From: a virus | Length of the DNA stretch: 64,000 nucleotides | IMG/VR virus record: IMGVR_UViG_3300030419_005367 | Coordinates: 1 to 64,000 of that record | Direction: 5' to 3' (one strand) | Shown: positions 38,291 to 48,410 of the stretch, piece after piece | How the letters are laid out: every line of letters begins with the position of its first letter | Position numbering within the stretch: position 1 is the stretch's first letter | Position numbers and translations under genes: made by a program | Notes under the pieces: generated by a model | The model's database searches: none | What the model was told of the DNA's origin: nothing | Seen by the model: the letters and a program-made list of their open reading frames with translations, nothing else

Positions 38291-39133
38291 ATGGCTAGAA
38301 ATAACGAGGACCGCTTGGGTACACCCGCCCCGGCTCCGTCAAGCGTTATGGAAACTTCGAACAACACTGCAGGAGATCAAATGTTTTCTTTTGTTACTCC
38401 CACTGAGTTTGTCGAACTTCCTTCAAAGGGTAAGTTTTATCCGGAGGGACATGCTCTGCGTAATGTAGAGACAATCGAAATCCGATATATGACAGCTAAG
38501 GATGAAGATACTTTAACTTCTCCCGCTCTGTTAAAAAAAGGAATCGCAATTGAAAGACTTTTAAAGAATGTTATTGTCGATAAAAGTATTAATACTGATG
38601 ATCTTTTAGTGGGAGATAAGAATGCAATCTTGGTTGCAACTAGAATCTCTGGTTATGGGCCGGCTTACACAGCAAAGATTTCGTGTCCAACTTGTGCTGC
38701 TACATCTGATTATACTTTCGATTTAAGCGATGTCGATCAGAGCATTCCAGATGAACTAGAAATAGATGAAAATGGGCTCTTTTATATTAAGTTGCCCAAA
38801 ATGGATGTTATGGTTGGCCTGAGTCTTATGACAGGTGCTGATGAAAAGCGTCTAACAAAGTTGTCAGAGAACAGAAAGAAAAAGAACCTTCCAGAGGCGA
38901 CACTAACCGATCAATTTAGAATGATCATTCGGTCAGTTAACGGCAGTCAAAACAATGAGCATATTAATGCTTTAATTGACAATATGCCAGCAACAGATTC
39001 CCGATATCTGCGAACTGCATACGCAGAATTATCTCCAAATGTGAACTTAGCTCAGGACTTTGAGTGTCCAGAGTGCAGTGTGCAGGAGGAGGTCACAATT
39101 CCGTTTACGACGGAGTTTTTTTGGCCTAAATGA
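38291..39133 (+). CDS. baseplate hub / tail assembly chaperone (T4 gp26-like)
   Basis: VELPSKGKFY, MTAKDED, GDKNAIL..RISGYG, CPTC and CPEC; ends EFFWPK. Confidence 0.8.
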   Translation: MARNNEDRLGTPAPAPSSVMETSNNTAGDQMFSFVTPTEFVELPSKGKFYPEGHALRNVETIEIRYMTAKDEDTLTSPALLKKGIAIERLLKNVIVDKSINTDDLLVGDKNAILVATRISGYGPAYTAKISCPTCAATSDYTFDLSDVDQSIPDELEIDENGLFYIKLPKMDVMVGLSLMTGADEKRLTKLSENRKKKNLPEATLTDQFRMIIRSVNGSQNNEHINALIDNMPATDSRYLRTAYAELSPNVNLAQDFECPECSVQEEVTIPFTTEFFWPK

Positions 39134-39305
39134 AGAATACGCTAAAAGCCTATACGAACAGTTTTTCTTCCTGAAATATCACGGTGGCTGGAGCTTTGCA
39201 GAAGCGTATAGTCTACCTGTTAGGTTGAGGAATTGGTTTGCCGAAAGACTTGTTACTCAGATCGAGAAAGAGAACGAAGCTATAAAGAATGTGAAACATA
39301 GATAA
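39123..39305 (+). CDS. T4 gp51-like chaperone segment, probably made as a +1 frameshift extension of the upstream gene
   Basis: FFLKYHGGWSFAEAYSLP..LR.WF motif; no in-frame ATG; begins right after the GGAG-T7 run. Confidence 0.65.
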   Translation, partial: GLNEEYAKSLYEQFFFLKYHGGWSFAEAYSLPVRLRNWFAERLVTQIEKENEAIKNVKHR

Positions 39306-39351
39306 AACACATTCTGTACACTAATTATAATGATTAGAGAGAGTTGCACAA

Positions 39352-39696
39352 ATGCAGAACATTAATGAAGAAGAATTAGATCAAATTATTGATTTGGGAA
39401 TTAACCGCAAAGGCGAACTCAACGAGAGCGCCTTAAGAATGTTGGGTGCTAGAATCAAGCTTGCTCTAGAGAGAATGTTTACGCCTATCACCGCCGGAGT
39501 TTCAAAGTTAAAAGTTAGAGGAAGCCGAAAAGAAATCAACTCCTTCTTCTCGGCATTAAAGTCCGAAAAGAAATTTATGGACGCTTATACAAAGTACGGG
39601 CTGGACGACCCTAGGACAGTAAAGAATGCTGCCTCTCTCCGCCGTGCGACATCTGGATTTGAACGTGCTACTGGGATCAAATGGCCTTTTAAATAA
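39352..39696 (+). CDS. hypothetical protein
   Basis: 114 aa ORF preceded by the promoter variant ACTAATTAT (39320-39328). Confidence 0.65.
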   Translation: MQNINEEELDQIIDLGINRKGELNESALRMLGARIKLALERMFTPITAGVSKLKVRGSRKEINSFFSALKSEKKFMDAYTKYGLDDPRTVKNAASLRRATSGFERATGIKWPFK

Positions 39697-39708
39697 GGAG
39701 GGCTTTAA

Positions 39709-41901
39709 GTGGCAAACGAAAAAGACATCCAAATTCAACAAAGACTAAACCAGCTTCTTAAAGAAAAGGCAGGCTTGGTACAGAAAGTTGCTGATGCGGA
39801 GGCAAAGCAAGCAGCCAAAGCCGGTGAGTATATAACCAAAACAGAAAAGTCTATGAAACTGGCTCAACAAAGAGCCGACCTCGCTGAAAAAATCTTTGAG
39901 TTTGAAGAAATGAGCGAAAAGGCTCAAAAAAAACACCTCAAAGCAGAAGCGAAAAGAGTTGCAGATTTAAAAGCAAGAAATCAGCTTAGTGAAGAAGAGG
40001 CTGCTCTTCTCGAAGAGATCAATGCAATTAAAACCGAGATTGCAGCGAACGAAGGTGAAATCACTGCAGAAATGCAGGCACAGCTTCAGGCTGCGATTGA
40101 TTTAAGAGACGCAAAACAAGAAAATCGAGAAGAAGTAGAAAAAGAAACTGAAGCCCTTCTTCAAAATCTTGATACTTTAGGAGGTATGGTTGGTCTAACC
40201 AGTACTCAAACTACTCTTTTTGGGAAAATGGGAAGCTCCGTTAAGAGTATTGCCGGCATGCTTTCAAATTCTGAAGGTGATCTGGAAAAAATGAAGGAAT
40301 CCGCTGCCAACTTAAGTCTTGATTTGGCTATAGGTACAGTTATCGCCAGATCAGAAGAACTCTTTACTCTTCAAGATGGTATAATTGCAAATTTCCGAGC
40401 AACAACCGGTGCATCAGCCCAAACAGCAACCGCAATTGCAGGCGCTACAAACGAATTGCGTCAGATGGGCTTAGATATGGCTTCTGCCGGCGAAGCAGGT
40501 ACAGCATTATATAATAGTGTGACGGCTTTTAGAACAGCCGCTCCGGAGGCGCAACAAGAAGCAGCAGCATTTACTGGATTGCTGGTTGAACTCAACATTG
40601 ATGCCAACACCGCGGCGGATGCAATGCAAACATTGACAATGGGAATGGGCCAAAGCTTATCTCAGGCGCAAGCAACCACTGAGGAGTTGTTGCATTTTGC
40701 GAATTCCATCGATGTTAATGTTAACGAAGCTTTAGAAAACTTTGCTAGACACTCTGACGAATTAGTTGCTCACGGTGGCGATGTGATGGCTGTATTTAAG
40801 CAATTACAAACTCAATCTCGCTTAACTGGACTTTCTATGGATTCTTTAATGTCCGTCGCTGGTCAGTTTGACACCTTTGAAGGTGCAGCTAGCGCAGTTG
40901 GTAGATTAAATGGTATTCTCGGTGGCCCTTATTTAAATTCTATTGATATGGTTTATATGACTGAGGCCGAGAGACTAGAAACAATGAAACAGTCTCTTGA
41001 AATGTCCGGACGTTCTTTTGATAGCTTAAGTAGGTATGAGATGAAGGCCCTTGCCGCAGCAGGAGGCTTCAGAGACGTCGGAGAAGCCCAGAGATTCTTT
41101 AACAGCCAGATGGATGATCCTGCAGCAATTGAAGCAAAACAGCGCCAAGAGAGCCTTGCCGAACAGGCTCGTAAAATGAAGCCTATAATGGAAAGACTTA
41201 GCTTGGCGATGAATAAATTTGCAATTAGTATGGAGCCTGTTATTAATTTCGTCAGCAGGCTTATAGAGGGCTTTGCGGAAATGGGAACCGCAGGAAAAAT
41301 CTTCTTTGGTTCGTTATTCATAGGGCTACCAATCGTCTTTAAGATGACAAAGGCTCTGAAGGAACTACAGCTTATGATGATGTTGACCAAAGGGGCTTCC
41401 GCCGCCGGCGGCATTGGGGGCGTTTTAGGTGGCATCGCAGGCTTCGGAGCCGGCCTGTTCAGCGCCTTGCTGCCAATTGGATTAATTGGTGGTGCCATTT
41501 ATGGAATCTCTCAGATGTTCGCTAATGGAACCGACTCAGCACCAATGACCGGCCCAGCCCTTATGGGAGAGAAAGGTCCGGAACTTTTGGTTGGTTCCTC
41601 TGGAGCTAGAATGGTTGGAACGTCTGGTCCCTCGATTAGTGGAATCAACAAAGGTGACAGAGTTATTACCAATGAGAACCTTAAGAAAGGTATTGGTGGA
41701 GGCGGCCCTTCCGTCGCAGCTATGAAGGCTGCTTTCAAGCAAGCAATGCAAGAAATCAACAGCGAACAGGCTGCTGGTCAAAAGAAAGTGGAAACTGGCA
41801 CTATGCCCGTTATCATGCAGGTAAATAACCGAGAATTAGGAAGAGTTGTTCTTAAGATTATCGAAGATTCAAATTCCATAAAACTTTCTCCATCGACCTA
41901 G
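39709..41901 (+). CDS. tape measure protein
   Basis: Long Ala/Glu/Gln-rich helical protein with hydrophobic Gly-rich segments and GEKGPEL motif; follows tube and chaperones; GTG start with SD AAGGAGG. Confidence 0.85.
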   Translation: MANEKDIQIQQRLNQLLKEKAGLVQKVADAEAKQAAKAGEYITKTEKSMKLAQQRADLAEKIFEFEEMSEKAQKKHLKAEAKRVADLKARNQLSEEEAALLEEINAIKTEIAANEGEITAEMQAQLQAAIDLRDAKQENREEVEKETEALLQNLDTLGGMVGLTSTQTTLFGKMGSSVKSIAGMLSNSEGDLEKMKESAANLSLDLAIGTVIARSEELFTLQDGIIANFRATTGASAQTATAIAGATNELRQMGLDMASAGEAGTALYNSVTAFRTAAPEAQQEAAAFTGLLVELNIDANTAADAMQTLTMGMGQSLSQAQATTEELLHFANSIDVNVNEALENFARHSDELVAHGGDVMAVFKQLQTQSRLTGLSMDSLMSVAGQFDTFEGAASAVGRLNGILGGPYLNSIDMVYMTEAERLETMKQSLEMSGRSFDSLSRYEMKALAAAGGFRDVGEAQRFFNSQMDDPAAIEAKQRQESLAEQARKMKPIMERLSLAMNKFAISMEPVINFVSRLIEGFAEMGTAGKIFFGSLFIGLPIVFKMTKALKELQLMMMLTKGASAAGGIGGVLGGIAGFGAGLFSALLPIGLIGGAIYGISQMFANGTDSAPMTGPALMGEKGPELLVGSSGARMVGTSGPSISGINKGDRVITNENLKKGIGGGGPSVAAMKAAFKQAMQEINSEQAAGQKKVETGTMPVIMQVNNRELGRVVLKIIEDSNSIKLSPST

Positions 41902-41923
41902 TTATATGTAACGGAAGAAGATT

Positions 41924-42844
41924 ATGGCACCAGATCGCAACGACAAAGATTCTTTATTGGGTAAATCGTACTTTAATTACGGTGGCGTTCCATCTAACTT
42001 GACCCCGGGAGGATCAGGTCCTTTATATGATGCCACAAACACCCTAGCTAATCACTTGGGACTGTATGTAGATATCCACGCTCGCCACTGCAATGTCAGA
42101 ACTGCCTTTAAAGCGTTTTTAACAAAATTTGAAGATAACGTAGATTTGAATTTTGAAGATGAGCCTCAAATGGGTGCTATCACAAAGCCAAAAAACTTCA
42201 AGGGAGTAGCTCGCCGATTAAATATTGGCTTGAAGTTACCAGCAGCAAATGTTGACGAAGCAAGAATGAATTTAAGAAACGTATCTTTGTTGGTCAAATC
42301 GTTGCACCCCGTTCAAGAACTTGAATTAGATCCTTCCACAGGTCGTATGATAAGAGCACAGGCACCAACGTCCGTTCCTTATTTCAGTATCCGATTTTTA
42401 AACCTATTGGTCGACGGACATATGGAAAAGCCAGATTTCTCTAGCGCAGCAATGAGCGGCTTGACCGGCTATATGGACGATGTGCAATATTCCTTGATTA
42501 TGGATGACGAAGGAGGCGGATTTCTTGCCGATAGAGGAAACAATGGAAAGAAAACATTTAATCAGCATGTATATCCCAAATTAATAACTTTAAATTTTGT
42601 GTTTTACCCTTACTTTACAGTCGACCCAGCTTGGTCTATGCAATCGGGCAAAGAAGGTCTTTCACCAGAAGACGGGACATACTACTTTAGCCCCAACAAC
42701 TACCCTTATCAATATGAGTCGGCCAGAAATACGCAAGGTCGCACAATAATTAATGCGTCCACAAATATTAATAGTAACGATACAATAAGTGAAGCAGACA
42801 AAGCAAGAATTCAAAGAGCTTTTCACTCAGGTCGTAGGAAATAA
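41924..42844 (+). CDS. baseplate / tube-initiator protein
   Basis: Position after the tape measure; FKAFLT..ED and YPKLITLNFVF pattern of tube-fold baseplate proteins. Confidence 0.5.
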   Translation: MAPDRNDKDSLLGKSYFNYGGVPSNLTPGGSGPLYDATNTLANHLGLYVDIHARHCNVRTAFKAFLTKFEDNVDLNFEDEPQMGAITKPKNFKGVARRLNIGLKLPAANVDEARMNLRNVSLLVKSLHPVQELELDPSTGRMIRAQAPTSVPYFSIRFLNLLVDGHMEKPDFSSAAMSGLTGYMDDVQYSLIMDDEGGGFLADRGNNGKKTFNQHVYPKLITLNFVFYPYFTVDPAWSMQSGKEGLSPEDGTYYFSPNNYPYQYESARNTQGRTIINASTNINSNDTISEADKARIQRAFHSGRRK

Positions 42845-42849
42845 TCAAG

Positions 42850-43215
42850 ATGTCATTTAGATATAACAATAGACCATTTTTTAAAAACATCGGCCTTCGA
42901 AGAGATACTTTCTTAGAGCCAGATCAGAGAAATCGCTCCAATGCAGCCGCCATGGACAATGTTGATATTGTGCAATATGTAACACCAATCATAGAGCATC
43001 CAACTGAAGAAGATTTTCTACACATCAACTCTCAAAGCTATGTTTGGCAATATGGAGATAAGTTTTGGAAAGTTGCAACTAAATTTTATGGCATGCCAAC
43101 AGTTTGGTGGATAATCCCGTGGTTTAATAAAAAGCCACTTGAAGCAGATTATAAACCGGGAGATGTTATTGAAATCCCCTTCCCACTTTCAGACTTATAT
43201 CAATATTTTCAATAA
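42850..43215 (+). CDS. LysM / gp53-like baseplate wedge protein
   Basis: YVWQYGDKFWKVATKFYG...WWII..FN...PGDVIEIP. Confidence 0.75.
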   Translation: MSFRYNNRPFFKNIGLRRDTFLEPDQRNRSNAAAMDNVDIVQYVTPIIEHPTEEDFLHINSQSYVWQYGDKFWKVATKFYGMPTVWWIIPWFNKKPLEADYKPGDVIEIPFPLSDLYQYFQ

Positions 43216-43226
43216 AGGGTTTATAG

Positions 43227-46200
43227 ATGGCCGAAGAAAAGATTCCAAATAACATTGATGAATGCTTTTTGTTAGACTTTATGTCTGACATCGCAACTTT
43301 CCGCGGCATTACCAATTTTGAAAAGCAATCAGAGCATGTTGTTATTTTAGATGATAAGCATTCTGGAGATTCTAAGCTTTTTCTAAATCAGCTTATTGAC
43401 CCAGAGTATCAATCTTTAATGGACGCCTGCCCTAAGAACTTATTTCAGTCATTGTCTCCAATGGTTAATCTGTATAAAGTTTTTTACGATCCAGCCGACA
43501 CCACTAAAGAAGAAATTAAATCAGTCAAGTTTCAATTTGGAAAATTTGACCCTTTGAAAGCAAAACAAGCTATTAGGGAACTGAGAACTTCATATGGAGA
43601 CGACGCCGCTTTATACGGAGGTTTCCGACCCGGACACTTAGCGCCTAGTATCACAGAAGCTAACATAGTTTTTGATGGACAGAATCCGGCTGAGGCCAGC
43701 GCCTTTGTTAAAGTAAATTTAAAACTATATTTCCCTTCTTCCGACGCTTTGTTTTTTAAAAAAAACATCGCAGGACAGGAAATGAGCTTTGCAAACCTGA
43801 TAGAAAGACCAACTGTTCCGAAAGCTCAAAACGCGCAACTTATGCTGGAAGACAACCACAGAGTTTATTCTCAAGACAACTTTAGAATTAAAATGGAACT
43901 TTTCTATCTGCCTAAAGATTCAACATTTCTTAATGATGATAAAGTTTGGGGCAAAGACTTTCCCTTAAATCGACGAAGAGCAATTATGGAATTAATAAGC
44001 AACAATCGATTGACTTTATTTTTAAATATTGTAAAACACGAATTTTCTTTCGATCACGACAATGTAAACTTGCCTTTCTACCTAGACGTTCAATATATTG
44101 GTGCCCTAGAGAGTGCAATGAATACAAAACACGCCGACATCTTAAAAGATCCAGAGTATGATAGGAAGATGGGCGAGATTATGAAAACAGAAGAGTATCG
44201 TAATTACCAATTAGCTAAATTAGCTTCTGATAGCCTTGGATTGCAGAACTTAACAAAGGCTGGCGTTAATATAGACACAGTATCACATCGTAATGTTAAA
44301 GCCAGAGGTTTACCAAATGAAGTATCTGAGTTTGTTATCACTCCTGAAATGGTTGAGCGGTATCAGATAACATTGCTCGCCGAACCCGGAAAAACCTATG
44401 GAGGCGAACCAGATTTTGACCGTCATCACCGCATCATGGATATTCCTGAGCTAGCGGCTGGCTATGAAGAACGTAAATTAAGTAAAGATGCTATGGATAA
44501 TCTCAAAGGCGCGATCAAATCAGAATCAAAAGCATGGGCTCAAGTGGGCGTAGAGTGGTCCGTCAGAAAATCTTTAGCACTTCAAAATTATGGCGAAACA
44601 AAAAGAGCATATGATAAATTATTGAAAGACAGGGGTATGCTTGAAGATCAACAGCGCAGCAGGTCTTACAGTAGAATCATCGAGCAGCTTTATGGCCGCG
44701 TTGGTAAGGGTGAGTCTGCAACTTTCGGATCGGCCTCGACATTATCAGAATCAGACCAAACGCGCCTCAAAAGAGCCGGCAATCCATACGTCTATACTGT
44801 TGAGGTACCAGCCGGAGACCTACGAGATTATGTAAATCGCAGGGGTTCCAGAGCTTTAGATAAAGAGACAGAAAAGAGTCTTAAAGAGTTGGAAAAAAAT
44901 GGCGACACCGCTGCAGCAGATGAACTCCGCCGCCAACGGGAATCTATCCAAAACGATACGAGGTCCTTTTATAAACATTTTTGGAAAAAGATTAACCCTC
45001 AGTTGCTAAAGGCACAAAGAGATATAACAATAGTTGAAGGTGCTGAGTTTGAGGGAATCTTTGGGGATGACGAAGGGTACACCAAGACAAGTCAGACGAC
45101 AGGTAGGGAATATACCGCTGAACAGGCAGTTTCGACAGCCGACATTTTGCGGCAAATAGCTAAAAAACAAATTGAAGGCGGGAAAACCGATGAGCTTCAT
45201 AATTTGTTGAAAAAAAGCACTGATCGAGCCATCGCCCCAGAAAAGCTCACAGGCACTTATGCAATAAATTATTTTTTCTTAGGTGATTTAATAGATATAG
45301 TTTTAAAAACCGTCCATCAGTCGAACAGCAAACATCATTTAAATTTGTATGCCGATTCGGAGAACAAGAACTCTACTCCGACCGGAAAAGATTTAGTAAA
45401 TAAGACACTTTTTGTTTTAGGAAATATAACTTGGAACGATTTCACCAGTAATGGTAAGAAAACAATTTCTTTAGACAGGGTTCCAATTTCAATGAAGCTT
45501 TTTATGGAATTTTGGATTGAAAAAGTTGTTAAAAGACAGAGAAAGAGTTATCCACTAAATCAATTTATAAAAGATGTCATGACAAACTTAGTGAAAGCTG
45601 TTTTTACAAACAAATGTAGAATTCACGGGGAGCCGCTCAATAACCTTACTTGTAATTTAGAGCATGTTTCAGTTAATCCAGACATCTCAGGAGATCCAAA
45701 GATTAACCTCATTCCTAGTATGGCAGAGGAGGACATACGCAAAGCGTATTTCGGCGCTCTTCTCCCAATAAGTTCCGCGGCTCGTATTTTGTTAACTCGC
45801 CCTACTAAAGCGCAGATCCTTAAAGCCGCCACAAGGGCAGAGTCAGATGCTCCTCCTATTCCAAATTTCGCAGAACTCGCCTCATCGAATTCATCAGTAA
45901 GAAAGAGAGCGCAGAGACAACAAAAGCGACGAGCCCGCCATGAAAAGAGACCTTTTCATCAATTAAACACAGTAGAGCTTATATATGTGTACGCCACAAA
46001 TGACAAGCCTGAACATCTGCAAGGCAACAGAAAGAAGGATGTCGACGCCGGCGTCGTTCATTTGGAGGTTGGAAATCCAAATTCGCCCTTAAAACAAGTT
46101 AGCTTTAATAAAAGCGACCAGCCTTTTTATCTAGAGGCAAAGGGCGAGACAAATGACCTGAAAGACAATTCTTTAGAATTGAGCGAACCTTACAATCTCG

Positions 46201-47057
46201 ATCTCAGCTTCTATGGACTGACTTACCCACGCCCGGGCCAACATTTTTATTTGAAATTAAAGAACTTTGGTGACCCTAGATCAAAACGCAGCCGCGGCAC
46301 AACCTTGCTAGCTGGCAATTATTCCGTCCAAGCTAGTCCTTCGCGAAGACTGGGCATCGGCGGATATTATATGATGAACAAGATTGAGCATAACTTCAGG
46401 GCTGAAGGTGGCAGAACCTATTGGGAAACGATGACTCAAGCTTTGTGGACCACCTTTGGAGATCGTAAAGCAGAGAATAATCGAACACTGAGCAACACAC
46501 CGGATCCATTTAGCAACCCTGCAGACTACGGCACCGGTGCAATGCTAATGGCTGGAAATGCGGAACATTCCACGGTGCTTAGAAACATCGACCGCAGACT
46601 TTCAGAGGCCGGCATCACTGCCCGAGGTTCACTTGCCCCCGGACGCGCAAGCGAGGTGTTACCAGAAGAAGACCAAAAATATACTGGCAACACCAACAAA
46701 CAAATACAATTAGCAGAACTTAGAGTCAAGGAGATCCGGAAACGCGCTGAGGGCGAAGAAGGCATCCTAGGAACAATGGATGTGGACCCCAGCAGAGAGT
46801 ACGAATTTAAATCTCTTGCCGAAGATTTAGCCGAGAAAAGAGAGGAGGCTAGAGAAAAACCCGTTCTTAGCACGAAAGATATTACTAGCGATATCGACTT
46901 TACCCCAGAAGAGCAATCAAAAATGCGAGCAGAATATAATGCGGCCAACGAAGCCCGCCTCCGCGAAAACTCTGGAAAAGTCATCTCTCGCCGTAAAGAT
47001 CCCCAAACTGGTGAAATCATCGAAACCACACTCCCAGAATATGAAGGTGGTGAATAA
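43227..47057 (+). CDS. large baseplate hub protein (gp27 / P2 gpD-like C-terminal part)
   Basis: LDLSFYG...RPGQHFY...LGIGGYYMMNKIEHNF...WET motif; follows the LysM gene. Confidence 0.55.
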   Translation: MAEEKIPNNIDECFLLDFMSDIATFRGITNFEKQSEHVVILDDKHSGDSKLFLNQLIDPEYQSLMDACPKNLFQSLSPMVNLYKVFYDPADTTKEEIKSVKFQFGKFDPLKAKQAIRELRTSYGDDAALYGGFRPGHLAPSITEANIVFDGQNPAEASAFVKVNLKLYFPSSDALFFKKNIAGQEMSFANLIERPTVPKAQNAQLMLEDNHRVYSQDNFRIKMELFYLPKDSTFLNDDKVWGKDFPLNRRRAIMELISNNRLTLFLNIVKHEFSFDHDNVNLPFYLDVQYIGALESAMNTKHADILKDPEYDRKMGEIMKTEEYRNYQLAKLASDSLGLQNLTKAGVNIDTVSHRNVKARGLPNEVSEFVITPEMVERYQITLLAEPGKTYGGEPDFDRHHRIMDIPELAAGYEERKLSKDAMDNLKGAIKSESKAWAQVGVEWSVRKSLALQNYGETKRAYDKLLKDRGMLEDQQRSRSYSRIIEQLYGRVGKGESATFGSASTLSESDQTRLKRAGNPYVYTVEVPAGDLRDYVNRRGSRALDKETEKSLKELEKNGDTAAADELRRQRESIQNDTRSFYKHFWKKINPQLLKAQRDITIVEGAEFEGIFGDDEGYTKTSQTTGREYTAEQAVSTADILRQIAKKQIEGGKTDELHNLLKKSTDRAIAPEKLTGTYAINYFFLGDLIDIVLKTVHQSNSKHHLNLYADSENKNSTPTGKDLVNKTLFVLGNITWNDFTSNGKKTISLDRVPISMKLFMEFWIEKVVKRQRKSYPLNQFIKDVMTNLVKAVFTNKCRIHGEPLNNLTCNLEHVSVNPDISGDPKINLIPSMAEEDIRKAYFGALLPISSAARILLTRPTKAQILKAATRAESDAPPIPNFAELASSNSSVRKRAQRQQKRRARHEKRPFHQLNTVELIYVYATNDKPEHLQGNRKKDVDAGVVHLEVGNPNSPLKQVSFNKSDQPFYLEAKGETNDLKDNSLELSEPYNLDLSFYGLTYPRPGQHFYLKLKNFGDPRSKRSRGTTLLAGNYSVQASPSRRLGIGGYYMMNKIEHNFRAEGGRTYWETMTQALWTTFGDRKAENNRTLSNTPDPFSNPADYGTGAMLMAGNAEHSTVLRNIDRRLSEAGITARGSLAPGRASEVLPEEDQKYTGNTNKQIQLAELRVKEIRKRAEGEEGILGTMDVDPSREYEFKSLAEDLAEKREEAREKPVLSTKDITSDIDFTPEEQSKMRAEYNAANEARLRENSGKVISRRKDPQTGEIIETTLPEYEGGE

Positions 47058-48403
47058 TGCCAGATTCAACAAGTACATACGCCCAGTTTTACTATAAACA
47101 ATCAAGACGAGATGCATTTCCTAAATTTGGACCAAAGCCGATGGATGTGCATTATGAGAAACTTCATTATGGTAAGGTTGATCAAAAACAGTATTCTGTT
47201 TATATGACAGACCCCTTGAACTTGTCTCAACTACAGCCCGGACAACCTCACGTTGCGCTAGATTTCGTTGCCGACGCCTTTGGGGATTTGCAGAGGTATT
47301 TCTCGAAAGCAGTATCTTTAGGCAGGTTACACAAAAGAGGTAAGTTTTATAAAGGCATCGAGGCCCGCGGAGGCTGGAGAGATGTAAACACTCTTTATTC
47401 CAACTGGCTCGTAGGGATATATGCTGGATTTGAAGCATATTTGTTAGCTGGAGATAAGCCTAAAAACCAAGAGATTAGGTCTTTTGGGGATTATGTAGAC
47501 AATTTTATCAATTATGTTTCTGCTATAGCTTCTGATTGGCCAATAACAAAAACAGGGTGGATTAAATCAAGGCACTGTCCCGCAAATATTAGTGGCTTGA
47601 TAGTCGATATTTCTAGAGATCCTTTTTCTGACGAAGAAGTTGCAAAAAGATGGCTTCAAGATCCAAATTTTGTTTTTTATAGGAATGCTGCCATAAAACA
47701 CGGATTTTTAGTTACGAAGAATGCCCCGTGGAGGCTGTATGCAAATGTTGCTTCTGTGGAAATGCAGAACTATTGGACAAGAACAATAGAACCAACACCA
47801 GAACAAGTTGAGATAGCGAGGAATGCTGGCTGGACAGATGCACAAATAATCCAATCTTACAGAAAGACGAGTTCTAAGAAAGGTTTGGTATATTCCCCCG
47901 GCAATGCATCAAATTTATTTAATCTTTACTACAATAGAAGTTATAAATATGATATACTAGAGCTAATGAACTCCTTGGGAAGATATTATAATCGATTTGT
48001 CCAGAGGTATCCAACCGTTACAATCCTTAAGCCTACATCACTGTCCTGCGCCACCCCCGGTTCGGTTGATAAAACGGTAATCTTTAGGTCACGAGTTGAC
48101 TTGGCCGAAGTCGAGAGAGTCTTTCTTCCCCTAGGGATACCTTTTTACATTTTCTTAAGAGCCAGTGAAGAATCGATCTTCGGCTACATGGATCCTAAGA
48201 GGTTTGACAGGATCGTAGAAAAATCAGCTTTTTTGTTAAAAAAGGTTGACTTAGATAAAGCAATGCTGTATATTAATAAGAGTATAAGTAGAATTGCCTC
48301 ACAGAAAGCAGCCGCGAACCCTGAGTTCTGTCAGAACTATCAAAGCTGTAATCTACAGGCGGGCAGTTTGGTTGATTATACATATGTGAAAGAACATTCA
48401 TGA
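47057..48403 (+). CDS. hypothetical protein
   Basis: 448 aa ORF coupled to the previous gene by TAATG. Confidence 0.7.
   Translation: MPDSTSTYAQFYYKQSRRDAFPKFGPKPMDVHYEKLHYGKVDQKQYSVYMTDPLNLSQLQPGQPHVALDFVADAFGDLQRYFSKAVSLGRLHKRGKFYKGIEARGGWRDVNTLYSNWLVGIYAGFEAYLLAGDKPKNQEIRSFGDYVDNFINYVSAIASDWPITKTGWIKSRHCPANISGLIVDISRDPFSDEEVAKRWLQDPNFVFYRNAAIKHGFLVTKNAPWRLYANVASVEMQNYWTRTIEPTPEQVEIARNAGWTDAQIIQSYRKTSSKKGLVYSPGNASNLFNLYYNRSYKYDILELMNSLGRYYNRFVQRYPTVTILKPTSLSCATPGSVDKTVIFRSRVDLAEVERVFLPLGIPFYIFLRASEESIFGYMDPKRFDRIVEKSAFLLKKVDLDKAMLYINKSISRIASQKAAANPEFCQNYQSCNLQAGSLVDYTYVKEHS
48246..48274 (+). promoter_or_regulatory. sigma70-like promoter opening the replication block
   Basis: TTGACT-N17-TATATT. 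Confidence 0.55.
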
Positions 48404-48410
48404 GGAAAAA

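Noticed and set aside
39060-39122. TTG 39060 as the start of an independent 81 aa gene
   Set aside because: No SD before the TTG, a 74 nt overlap with the upstream gene, and the recognisable motif only begins after the T7 run; a frameshift fits better.
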